NCBI GenBank assembly: GCA_026023565.1
Contig: JAPETS010000003.1
Location: forward strand, 1,302,001 to 1,366,000
Length of the DNA: 64,000 nucleotides
Direction of reading: 5' to 3'
Origin: Cirrosporium novae-zelandiae
Lineage: Eukaryota
The first letter of the stretch is position 1. Every line of letters begins with the position of its first letter. The position numbers were made by a program, and so were the translations under genes. Below, in pieces: positions 47,672 to 59,393 of this stretch. The notes beneath the pieces are model-generated. The model was not told where the DNA came from. It searched no databases and worked only from the letters and a program-made list of their open reading frames with translations.

Positions 47672-49083
47672 GATAGATTGTGTTTTTTTTTTCTTTCTTT
47701 GTTTTCTACCCAATTGGGCTTACGGATCCGAGGAAAAGGTCCCCCTCCTCCCAAATGAATTAATTGGTTTATGGGACTTTTCAAAGGCGAAATTGAATGA
47801 AGAGTGGAGAGACTTGTTGGCTGGAGCTTGAGATTTAGAGATCTGGTTCTGGTTCGGAAGTTTTGGATAGGCCGGGCTTAAGCGCAGGTAGACTCACCTA
47901 ATCGACCAGTTTGGTTGAAGCCTCCGCGCTTAATTGTTTTTCTTGAGGGGATAGCCGCGGTTGTGTGTGTGGCGCTTTTGGGATGCTTGATGGAATTCTA
48001 TTGACAAGATAATTGGATCTAATCGCTAATTATTTTTTTTTTGGATATTGTACTTATTACTTTATTGGAATAAATACTGTCAATATAAAAGTACCGAATT
48101 TATAAGAAAAATATAGTTGACAGTTACCATCTAACCCAATTGAATGGTTTAATGTCTAGCTAATTAATATACTGACTAACGACCCTTAACAAGATTTAAA
48201 AGAAAGAAAAAAACCTATAGGACTAATTAATAATGTACAACGCTTTCTTCCCTATTTCTATCATCAATATCTCTCTCTTGTTCGACGGTAGTTATTTTTC
48301 AATTTCCAGCTAAGCCAAGTAGCAAGAACAACATAAATACATTTATACTAGCACGAATACCGAATAAGCATCATCTAAGTACATGAGACATGCGATATAC
48401 TTTCCTCCATCCGTTAAATAGATAGACCCCTCTGAATCCATATATGATGAATGACAAAAAAATCCATAGGAAAAGAGGGAAGAAATACTATTCAGTATGA
48501 CCACATGCATAGTCGACAAAAGAGCGACGCTGCTAGGTATCGTGTGTTCTAGACATTTAATTTCGAAGCCTACTTGTTAAATTGAAATCGAGTTTAGGAT
48601 CTAAGAATACTTGGACGGTTTTGGAATATTGATTGGATCCGAAGATATGTGCTCTGATGTATGTAATATCGCAGGATCATCATCTTTGCCTGCTTACCTG
48701 CTTACCCCCTTATGTGGATATAGCTTCATCTTCACCCCTAGCTTAATAGCACCTCAAAGGAGACCGCATAAACCACTTAGGTACTTAGATACCTATCACC
48801 CAAGTACCTCCCCTCGCCGTCATACAGGAATAAGCATCTGTTACTCCATCCCCACCTGGTCTCACACCAACTCTCCCTCATTCTCACCTTCGCTCTAACC
48901 TCCAGCACTACTCTTCAACTCACCCGAGACAACCCTCCCTCCCTTCCTCTTCAACCACAAAGCACTAAGCACCGCATCACTTCATCTCACTCCTTCCCAC
49001 CACCCAAAACCCACTCGCCCTAAGGAAATTCCTTGAACCATCCTATCACACACGTCACACTCAGCAACCAGGAATCATCAACT

Positions 49084-49630
49084 ATGCCTCTAGGTCCAAA
49101 ACTGCCTCCAGGACCGACACTGGAAGCGCGTATTCGGGATTATGAAGATCAGATGCGTTAGTTTAAGGAAAAAGAGAAAGGGAAGGGGAAGAAGGGGGTG
49201 GCAATTTCTTCCTCTGACGGTAATGATAATGATGAACGAAGGATAATGGATACAAATGCAACAATGGTAGAAAAAATAGTAACAGCAGGAAATGTGAATG
49301 GGAATGGTACCGAAGTAGGGAAAAATGAAGAAGGGGATGGAAATAAGAAAGGAGAAGGGGAGTGTATGACTGCTTCGGTATGTTTCGTTGTACATCAATT
49401 TCTGTATGCGTACAAGCAACCATGCCCTTCCTGTTTCATGTAGATTGAGATATGCTTTTATTTTATTTTCTAATGGAATAACCAAGTGTCCAAGTCAAGA
49501 ACACTTTCGTCAACATCAACAATCAAATCAAGAAGATTGTCGTATCAAGGAGGACATTGAAAACAGAGTGGGATATATGACGAACCCAGTGGCTGGAAGC
49601 GGAAACGAATGTGAGAAGGAGAAACTTTAG
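49084..49630 (+). pseudogene. Gene-like ORF interrupted by an in-frame TAG (49159-49161), with a possible intron 49378-49486
   Basis: CT-rich leader and CAACTATG start; MPLGPKLPPGPTLEARIRDYEDQMR*FKEKEKGKG... stays open to a GTATGT donor. No family recognised. Confidence 0.35.
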
Positions 49631-49926
49631 CTTCATAGCTCGAGATGGCGACGAAGCGGGAGACATGACCGCCAGATGCAACTACAGACCAATCATCTGA
49701 ATTTGTGATAGTTCAATTGGTTTTGGGTGAGGAACTTACGTATTTATTCTCTCAATAGATGGATGATTTATCTACATGATATCCGACCGAAGGGGGAAAA
49801 AGGACCTGCCGTTGGATTGGGTATCTCACTTTGATAGATGTATCAAACAAACAACCAAACAACTATCAACAAGAAAAAGGAGAACAAAGAAGATTAACAA
49901 AAAGTAATTACAAAAAAGAAAAAATA

Positions 49927-52160
49927 TTATCCACCTCCAAAAACATCATAGTAATAATCATCATCCAGTCCCTCCCGGCTCGGAATTTCCGGCGATTCTC
50001 CAACGAATGCATCTTCATCATATCTAACATTCAGTAGCCTAATCTTAAGACCGTAATTAGTGACGATGTTGATTAACTTGTTTGTCTCAGTCGTTATTGG
50101 TTGTTGGTTGAGGAGCATAAGTAAACCATCAAGCCATTCGGAGGCTAGGCTGTGCGATTGTGGATATAGAGTTAGTAGTATGACTTCCTTCTGGGTATTA
50201 GATTTGCTAGAGAGGGTCCGATGATGTGTTGGAGGAAGGCCGTTTGTGACGGGAGCCAGATAACCATGGATAGTAATTTTCGTGTTGGAGTTATGATGGG
50301 GGAGCTCTTTTAATGTTTCCGTAGAAGAACTCGCAGACTCAGAAGAAGCTGAAACATTGGATACGACAGATGAGACGATAGACAGATCAACTAAAACATT
50401 GTTAGCTTAGAAGATGAAATGGGGGAAAGAAGAGAAGCCGACTTTTATCTGGAAGAGCCTCTAGTGGAGGTTCATAATTCCCTTGAGTACTAAAATCTGC
50501 ATAATGGAGATATCTCCGATTATGTGACAAACGAACAAATCGATAAGACGTGGGTACCGAGCGTTTCAGATCCGTCTTTGTCACAGGCCCCCCTTCTGCT
50601 TTATAGCCAAGACCATTAGGAAACCAAGTCCCTTTCAGCAAGCATCGTATTCTCTGTTCTTTCATAAATTGCAGCGCTTCTTGATGTAACTCATCTCGAA
50701 CTTGCTTCAGATGGTGGCCCCAGGCATCCTCATATGTTAATTCCAGAAGCTCCATCTGTAATTCCCGGAGCTTTCCACACTCAAATTCGGCAAGCTCCTC
50801 TTCAACGTCCTGAACATCTTTTATTCGAGAAGCACTGCCAACAACAGATTCGATCAATATACGCACTAGCTCTACAATTTTGGAGAAATCTTCGAGCTCG
50901 GCGCCCGTCACCTTCCACAGGCGGAAGAAAGCCTGAAGGCCAGCTGTATGTAATCTAGACCACTGGAGAAGTAGTGGTTTGAAGACTTTATCAAAGTCGG
51001 ACCGTGACTCTAGCGCGAGATAGGACTTAGCATCTTCTAGGTCGGATTTGTCAACCTCAAAGTGCTCGTATAGTACGGATGTCACTGCTAGCGAGGAACG
51101 AGCGATAGGGCATCGCTGTTCAGCCGGCAAGGTTGACTGCTCAAGAAGAAGTTTTTGATAGCCATCCTCATTTTTTCTTACGAAATCGGTCAGATCCATC
51201 ATGCCAAGAAATCCAACATCCTGGAACTCCCATTGAGGGCTCTCGGTCTCAAAACCTAGGCGTCTCCATTTTTCAGGGTTATGTTTCCGGCCCTTTGTGG
51301 TATCGCCAGTTTCTGAGTTCCTCCGGTCCACCGATTTCTCAGGGTTGCTTGCTAGATGTAATCCCTTCAGAGCTCTCCGATGTTCAGTTGTCTCCAATTC
51401 CACAGGGACATCACGCCACTTCCTTAGTAGAACCTTTGTCAACCCTTGGAATTCCAATAGTGGAGCAGCCAGATCTTGTAAAGCTGTACTTTGCATGAGG
51501 ATATAGACGTTCTTAATAACCCCCAGATCCTGTAACTTCTTTATAAACTTTGGCCATTCATTATCAGCGTCATTTGTAATAGCGTCGCGCATTAGAGAGT
51601 TTATCAATTGAAGTGCATTTGCACATAATGCGTGATCGGCTGATGATAACCTGCTAACAAGCATCTCAAGGAATTGTGGATATACGGCAATAGCAGGTTT
51701 CAAAGCGCGAAAGCCAAATGCGCCAGGCTGATTCGGACGTGATGACTGAGGTTGTGATACTACTGAGACGAGAATCGACATGGCCCCACGGAGGATATTG
51801 ACTAGAGGATGAGAAACGACCAGTTCGACTACCTAGAACACAACCGAATCAACTGTTTGCGGTAATGAGAACTGGACTTTGTAGGTGAAATACCCTTTTG
51901 ACTAGATCTTGATCAACACATTCCCACCCCTTATCAACATCAAGTAATCGAGAAAACGAGGTAAGGCTGTAAGCCAATGTATTTCCAGCAGCATGCAGGG
52001 CAAGATATTTCAGTTTTGTCAATCCACCTTCGGAGATGAAGACATCAGCAAAAGAAGGGTCACCAATGTTGGATTGCAGTTTGAAGACTGCCATTTTCCG
52101 GACGGCATCTTCATCACTACCTAGACGTTGGACAAGTTCAGAGATGTTGATGCCCTCCAT
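49927..52160 (-). CDS. ELMO/CED-12 family protein with a C-terminal PH-like domain; introns 51833-51893 and 50391-50442
   Basis: KWRRLGFETESP..F..VGFLGMMDL, CPIARSSL, FMKEQRIRCLLKGTWF, RLSHNRRYLHYADF and SEWLDGLLMLL. Confidence 0.9.
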
Positions 52161-52627
52161 TTCATCTGCACTTAGGGGTTATGTAGTAATTTGGAGTGTC
52201 CTGATAAGGCAGGAGAAAGAAGAGTTCAACTGTTTGTAGCTGTCACCATGGCAAAAAGATATGGTACCTGTATGCTCAAAGTAAATAAAGTTGGCAAGTC
52301 AATTGAAGCCAAAATACTTTTGTACTCTAGACTCTAGACACTTGTATTAAGGGTATTAAGGAGCGGAGAAGGATTGAGATTAAGATTGGGGCTATTATTA
52401 CCTAACCTAATCTTCGTAGCCGCGCCCGAACTTGTACCCCGGTATACCCAGCTGCTTGGTCCATGCACTCCATATCCAGACTTTATATTCTTAAAATATT
52501 TTCTTATTAAACCTGCTACTTGTAACTTATAATTACTCTTTATTAGGTACCTAGTAAATATCCAATTGAGCTAAAAATAAGTTGATGCTAATGACTAAAA
52601 AAAACATCCGATTTCCTTTTTCACTAA

Positions 52628-54322
52628 CTACCTCTTTCTCATCCCAACATTTAACCCCAATGGCTTTCTTAGAAATCCCTCCCGTGTTTCTAACTCCTCT
52701 TGCCGCTTTTCAAACGCAAAGTTTCTGAACACGGTCCCAACGATCACTTTCATCTCCATCTCCGCTACATTTCTGCCCACGCACGCTCGTGGCCCGTAGC
52801 TGAATGGATTGAAAGCCTCTTGTTGCTTCTCAGTAAGTTTTGAGGTATATGGCGGCCAACGTGAAGGACGGAAGGAGTCTGCGTCAGGACCCCAAATGGT
52901 TGTAGAATGATGCATCGTGTACGTGGGAACGGAGAGGACGGTTCCCGGAGGGAAGGTATAACCATGGAGTTTAAGTGGAGGGCCGCAAGCTGGAATTTGG
53001 CGAGGAAGGCCAAGGGAGGAGGTTGAATGAATGCGAAGAGTTTCTTGGATGACGGCATTCACGCTATAGATGTGGTTAGCTGTGAGCTGACAGCATAAAT
53101 GGAACGAGACATACTAGGGTAAGTCCTTCATAGCCTCAAATGTTGGAACCCCATTCTCCTCTACCTCAATACCATCAAGCTCTTCTTGCAATTGATTGAT
53201 AACGCCTGGTGTTTTTAAACACCAGTACAGCAGTGCGCAAATAGTATTGCTCGTAGTATCACTCCCAGCAATCAATTGTGTAAGTGCTTCAGCTGTTAAT
53301 TCCTGTCTACCAAGCCTATTCCCTTGCTCGTCCTTGCCTTCCATCAACCGCGCAAGTAGATCCACACGCTCGGACCTTTTCTCAGTATCTAAACGTACAT
53401 TCACTCTAGCGGTGGCAATCCCCGCTAGGTTCTCAACAGCAGCTAAACCGTCACGGAAAAAGCGATCAGGCAGCCATTTGGCATATTGCTTTAGTTGTGG
53501 AATACATCCAAGAGTCGCAGAAACCTCGCCCCGGCGATTGAGGACTTCAATTGCAGGAGCTGTGGTGATTGGACCACCAGGATAGCTTTGAACTTCTGCG
53601 ACATCGGCATTTCTGGGAAGCATTCCGAAAGGAGCACCGAAAGCAAGGTCACCAATAATATCAAAGGCAAGATAGTTAAACCAGTGGAGAGCGTCAATAC
53701 CAGCGTAGGAACCGGAAGGCGAGGATGCAGAAATTTGAGACCACTGCTTGACAAGTTCGACAAGGTTGGAGTGCATGTATTGTTCAAATTGGCTGATTGA
53801 TTTGGGAGAAAATGTGTGAGCCACTGTTTTGCGTTTCCTGGTGTGCTCGGTGCGGTCACGGGTATTGAATAGGCCGCGCTGAATGGAAACAAAAGCATCG
53901 TAATAGTTACTACATAAGTGTCAGCGAGATCCCCGGGGACTATGAGAGGTTACTTGCCTCTTCAAATATCCATTTCCATGGCCATATATGATTTGGACAG
54001 CCTTGGGATCGGCAACCGATATGTGATCAGGTTGAATGCGAACCAAGGGCCCGTATTTCTTGTGTGCTTCGTCGACTGCTAGATAGCGTTTACCACTTCG
54101 ACATTGATATAGGAGCCCTGCATGGCTAATAAGAAAACGGACACTATATTTAAGATGGTGTAGCTACAGCGGGAGAACAAGAAGCTTACATAAATTTGTG
54201 AAAGCAGCAGGAAAAGGTGTTGGTACACCTCTGAGGGCCGAATGCTTTAGATAGGGGAGAATATAGAAGAGAACTGGAATAAGGAGAATAAAATATGGCG
54301 ATAGTAGATAATCAGTAAGCAT
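52628..54322 (-). CDS. CYP53: Cytochrome P450 CYP53 (benzoate 4-monooxygenase, bphA-like), 4 exons
   Basis: I-helix LIAGSDTTS, ETLR, heme motif FSYGPRACVG and CYP53-type APAIEVLNRRGEVSATLG. Introns at 54118-54189, 53910-53957 (GC-AG) and ~53065-53114. Confidence 0.9.
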
Positions 54323-55802
54323 CTTCAATATGCATTGGGGATATTGCCCAGCTATGGTTTATGGGATGTAAAGAAAGAATTTCCACTTTCGAAACTAAGG
54401 TATGATTTTATTTTGACATTAAGCTGGGCACACAAATATATAGCTTCAAAACCGACTAGCTGTAGAAGCTGGGAACTAATGATTTCTAGATAATTGGCGG
54501 GTATTGGCGGGGTAGCTTGCTATGATTCTCTTTTCTCCAATATTAGGTCGGCAGATAACCAAATGCTACTAAAGGTAAACCCAAACTCTGCCCGCATTTA
54601 ACTCTCGACGTCGATTTATGGAGGTTAATAAGCTTAGTATGATTGGATGAGATTGAACGGAAACTGAGAACGGTAGATTTTGAAGCTTGTGACGTTTAAA
54701 AACAGCTGGAAATAGCACCCGAGTTCTTCTCCCGCGCGATATAAAGGCTTTTATATGCAGTGAACAACGTAGGGGCGCTGAAGGCGATCAAATATGACCA
54801 ACGTTCGACAAGATCGGACAAAAGTTCGGAGAAAAGATGGCAAGGATGAAGAAAGTACTGTAATTACCCCACAATTCGCTTGCTGCTCCCGAGGTTCACC
54901 TCCTTCAAGAAATAACCAAAGCCCTAAGAGCCGTGGTTGATATCCGTGTCGATCAACAGCCTTGAAAAACCCAACGAGAGTTAACGACATCTTGAAGATT
55001 TTAGTCCAACATTGGCAAAAAAGAAAACAAGCCAACAAACCATTTGTGTCAAAATGGTTATGTGGCAGATCTTTATGTTGAATAAGTATGAACATGCATC
55101 GAACTGAGAAAAGTCGACAGGAACGGATCACGCACATCAATTTCAAGCAATTGCATTGTCTTTTATATTAGTGCACACTTCTCTGCATCTTTAATTCACG
55201 TGTCAGGTATCAGCGAGAAACCCCAAGCCCAGCTGATCTTGTAACAGCCGCACGCTTAGCCAAGTTCCTCAGTATCCAATATAAAGTAGCCTTGCAACCG
55301 ACTCTAATACCATGTCTCGCTGCAGCATATCATGTGCATAGCTTATCAAGATGAGTATGAAACAGACGGATAATCTTATAATATGTGAAGGTACTGTCAG
55401 CAATCCCGACCAAAACATTTGCCAAGCTTCGGGTTGAGGCTCAGTGATATCGAGGATTCAAGGGTGGTTAATTGTATTGAAAATAATCGTCCCCGGTTTA
55501 GGCACTCTCCGAACCAAGACAGCACCGTCAGGGGCCAGCAGCAGGACATGTCGTAAAATTTAGTAGGAAATCGTAAGAGAATCAGCATCTACACCGGGTC
55601 CAAACTTGTTGTAGGTGGTGGGAAGATCATCAGCTAACAGTATTGAACATTGCTTATGAGTAGAAATGGAAATGTAGTCAGCACTCTATTAAAGTCGTAT
55701 TCTTCATGATTTGGTCTTTGATATGGCCACGTGTAGATAGGGGTGTGGATGTTAGGATGCATTGTAACCCCATTTTATCATTCAATCCATCTTCGACTTT
55801 CT

Positions 55803-57557
55803 TCAACCTTTTTCCTTCTTCCGAATGAACCCCGAACCTAGGATGTTGACTTCTCTAGCTTTAGAAGGTGTTTCTTGAAAAGGCATATTGGTGACGTCCC
55901 CGGTTCTAGCTTTCTTTCTCACTAATCCCCCAGAAAGCATATTTACGCCACTGCTGCTGTTCTCTGTCTGGGGTGCATTATCTTGCTTCCGCTTCTTAAC
56001 CAAACCTGATCCCTGGTTATTCACAACTGGCTGGTGGTCGCCGACTAGGCTGGCCCTTGCAAGGACTTTCCTGCCTTTTACCCTTTGACCCCACTCTCTT
56101 CCTCCAACGATACTGGAAACTTCCTTAATCCATTTCTTGGTGCTGATTGCTGCAACTTTGGCATTAGCGAAATCGAGATGCAATAGAAATTCATGAACAC
56201 GGTTGTAGTCATCATCCGAGAGGACCACCTGGCCTCGGCTATTCTTAGGCCATACAAAATACTTTGTCCGTTCCGGCACTTTATCATGTAGGTTTGTTTC
56301 GTTTATTTTCTTGATTCTGGGCATCCGAGAAACGATAGGTCCAGTTAGTTTCCGCTTTCTTGGCTTGACCTTGCGAGATGGCTTTTTCGGATGTCGGTTT
56401 GATCGGATCCGCAAACCCTGGTCTGAAGGTGGGTCAAGGTCCAAGTCAGAAGGGAGTCGCTCCAAAGGGCCAATGGACGCTTGTAGCGGAGGAAGGGGGG
56501 CTTGGATGTCATGGGAGCGACTGAGTGTTGGAAGCACCGGATGACCAAAATTAGGTAGTAAGCCCAATAATTCCTGGCTATTGGCTTGTGAATCTACACC
56601 CTCACTGTTTAAATATCTTGGGCTAAGAACAAGCCAAATAAATCCAACAACCCTGCCCGAAGAGCATTCCTGACGAAATGCCATCATTTCCCAGAATTGT
56701 TCTAGAGTCTTGACACTTTTCCATATTCCATAGTTTGACCGTTTTGTTGGCGATTCTTGGGTAGATACTTCAGTAATGGCAATTTCTTCGTCTAATTCAT
56801 CTAGAAATCTCGTCTTGGGGTCGTCTGGAAAATGTGGTATCAAGCAGCGGGGTGAGGCGTTGGGGGACGGCGAGAGGTGATATAATGGATGGCCAATGTG
56901 CCATTTTCTCGTGGGTGGTGGCTCTGAGCGTGCGGTAGTGGGTAAAAAGGATAGAGTTTCATAGTTATCACATCCTGGTACTATCAGAAAGGCTGAACTA
57001 CCTTTCTCCTCTATTTGAGCACTGCTCTCAGACTCTAACAGCTTAGTCCTAAGCACTGGATCCAATATGCGACACCACCATTTAATCAGACTCCTGTCAT
57101 CTAGCACATGTTTGCCACTATGTTCAATACTACCTGGAAAAAGGTATTGATCCTGTGCACGGGCAAAAAGAGAAATAACTAGTCGAGTTCCATCCCGCTG
57201 CCTTTTGTCTGCGAGGTATTCCAAAAACGTGGTTGATATAGCTTTTATTGGAGATGCTTTCGGTAGTAGTTGCTTGATATATCCAGTGGAATCGGCCTTG
57301 GAAACGAAGAGAGTCGTTAGGTGAGCTGTAGTATAGACGAGCACCTCAATTGCAAAGAGAAGTATTTCATCCTCTTCGGGAGATTGTCTAGGCGCAGAAA
57401 CGGTTAGGAAATGTTTCTCGCAGAAGGTCTTTTCAGGCTTCGTGCTGGGGGGAGCGGAAAAGAGTGCGGTGCATCGAGTGGGCGGAGAGGAGACATGGTA
57501 GATGCTCAGGCTGATGTCAGGGGTGAGCACAGCAGCTAATTTATCGGCGAAGGTCAT
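55803..57557 (-). CDS. RTT109: Histone H3K56 acetyltransferase Rtt109
   Basis: FVSKADSTG, LFARAQDQYLFPGS, KHVLDDRSLIKWW, IPHFPDDPKTRF and FWEMMAFRQEC. Confidence 0.93.
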   Translation of the reverse strand: MTFADKLAAVLTPDISLSIYHVSSPPTRCTALFSAPPSTKPEKTFCEKHFLTVSAPRQSPEEDEILLFAIEVLVYTTAHLTTLFVSKADSTGYIKQLLPKASPIKAISTTFLEYLADKRQRDGTRLVISLFARAQDQYLFPGSIEHSGKHVLDDRSLIKWWCRILDPVLRTKLLESESSAQIEEKGSSAFLIVPGCDNYETLSFLPTTARSEPPPTRKWHIGHPLYHLSPSPNASPRCLIPHFPDDPKTRFLDELDEEIAITEVSTQESPTKRSNYGIWKSVKTLEQFWEMMAFRQECSSGRVVGFIWLVLSPRYLNSEGVDSQANSQELLGLLPNFGHPVLPTLSRSHDIQAPLPPLQASIGPLERLPSDLDLDPPSDQGLRIRSNRHPKKPSRKVKPRKRKLTGPIVSRMPRIKKINETNLHDKVPERTKYFVWPKNSRGQVVLSDDDYNRVHEFLLHLDFANAKVAAISTKKWIKEVSSIVGGREWGQRVKGRKVLARASLVGDHQPVVNNQGSGLVKKRKQDNAPQTENSSSGVNMLSGGLVRKKARTGDVTNMPFQETPSKAREVNILGSGFIRKKEKG

Positions 57558-57684
57558 CTGCAATATATTATATCCAAAAGCACATTTCAGAACTAAGATA
57601 GTTTAGCAAGAATAAAAATTAAAACTAATGTAGAGCAAAGTGGACATAGTTATGTCGTCGTAGCAGGAGGAGAAGCTGGGGGGG

Positions 57685-57697
57685 ACGCGACTCGCGT
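57685..57697. promoter_or_regulatory. Inverted pair of MCB-like elements (ACGCGA c TCGCGT) in the RTT109/MRPL15 divergent promoter
   Basis: Seen about 130 bp upstream of the RTT109 ATG. RTT109 is S-phase regulated in yeasts. Confidence 0.5.
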
Positions 57698-57861
57698 TCA
57701 ATTAAAAGGGTTGTGGTAGGGATATTAACAACGAATGACACCTTAGGTGTCAACAAATACGCTAATCCCAATCTTTATCTCCGCAAAGATTTGGACAAGC
57801 AAAGAGTAATTACCTATTTCGTTTAGCGATCTGTAAATTTCCTCTCCCCATTTAATCCGCC

Positions 57862-58784
57862 ATGGCTTCAAATGTTTCTTCAAAGACCTTTCGATTAGCG
57901 ATAGGATCTTTCAAGCAACGCCCATCATCTTCTAATCCTCGAATCCGGCCCTCATCCACCTCCTTCCAATGCCAAACGCCATGCTTTTCTACTTCAACCC
58001 GAAGGAAACAGGAATCCGATGCTAACAGCTCTATAAATGCTCCTCCGCAGCCGCGATGGAAATCTACACCTAGAGCAATGGTTGCACCAATTCCATTAAG
58101 GGATAGACAACCCTTTCCCGTTAACAACAATCCTGCTGCCCTAGATGAGGTTTATAACCGTTTACTCGGACCAGGCGGAGACAAAATGCTGTCCGAGGAA
58201 GTGAAATGGCTAGCTGTTACACATAAAAGTTTTGACCATGGAAGAAGAGGGTTTAATGATCGGTTGGCCTTTTTCGGTAAGGAACAACGTGCAGCATGGA
58301 AAATTTGATAGGATCGTTCCTTAACTTATTACTTTCTATATCTAGGTCGAAGAATAGTAGAACTTCAAGTCTCGCTAGCTATAATCCAATCTGCCAACAA
58401 AACTGCACCAACTACATTTCAAGACCCTCATCACCGCAAGTCGTTTGAACACCCTGCTCTTGCAGGGCTCACCAATCTAACGGAAGAGGCGAGAGACATG
58501 GCAACAAGCAAGGATAGATTGGCACGATTAGCTGATCAGCATGGACTCGGGAGTGTGATAAGGTGGAAACCAAAACATGTGAGTATATCCTTATATTGCC
58601 CTGAGAAGTATGACTTGGGACGCTAATAAATAAATAGAATAGAAGTCTGGCCAGATCTGGTATCGACGTTGTTATGGCACAATCCTTATATGCAATTGTG
58701 GGAGCAATCGCTCTTGAAAGAGGCGGAGAAGTTGCAATCCGAACGGTTCAAGAACGGATCTTAAAGCCTTTAGGCTTCATATAG
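57862..58784 (+). CDS. MRPL15: Mitochondrial ribosomal protein mL57 (RNase III-like fold), 3 exons
   Basis: KWLAVTHKSFDHGRRGFNDRLAFFG, IRWKP and SGIDVVMAQSLYAIVGAIALERGG. Introns at ~58277-58345 and 58579-58637. Confidence 0.88.
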
Positions 58785-59089
58785 AGGCTACTCTGACGAT
58801 CAACCGCACGCATTTGGGGAGGTTTTGTAAGATAAAAAAAATAGATATTATGTATATTTCAGCACTCTATGCTTCAAACTCGTAGGCTTGAAAGGATGTA
58901 CGATTCATCTGACACCGCCCAAATCATTTCTTATAGATACTTGGCCAGCTCTTATAGAACCTTAGATGTATTTTTCTCCGCACCTCTAAATCGCGAATCA
59001 GCAAATGAAAGTCCAGATACCGATCATAACAGAATGTTAGACCAGTTAAGGCTGCTGAGTTGCACTGTCTAATCGGGAGCGTTGATTGT

Positions 59090-59114
59090 AAGAAGAAGAA
59101 GAAGAAGAAGAAGA
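59090..59114. repeat. (AAG)8 microsatellite
   Basis: aagaagaagaagaagaagaagaaga. Confidence 0.85.
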
Positions 59115-59393
59115 AAGAGAATAGAAAAAATCAAAGTTGATTTTGTAGTAAGAATTCTGCAGTGCATACTAAGCCAAATTCGGATACCGCCTTTGAGTAT
59201 GAGAGAGGATTAAGGACAAGCCCAATATTAGAAAGTACAAGTAGGCCAGCTCTTAATTCACCACCTTAAACAGCCATCTTCATAGTCGGCTTGGAATCTT
59301 TATCATGTTCTCCTATAGCTCTTGATGCTCTTTTTAAAAATCCTCTTCTCCAAGCATCTTGAATCTGTAAATTAATCCACAACGACTACCGCA

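Noticed and set aside
52628..54322. CYP53 as part of a secondary-metabolite cluster
   Set aside because: The neighbours are ELMO and RTT109; there is no synthase, transporter or cluster regulator nearby.
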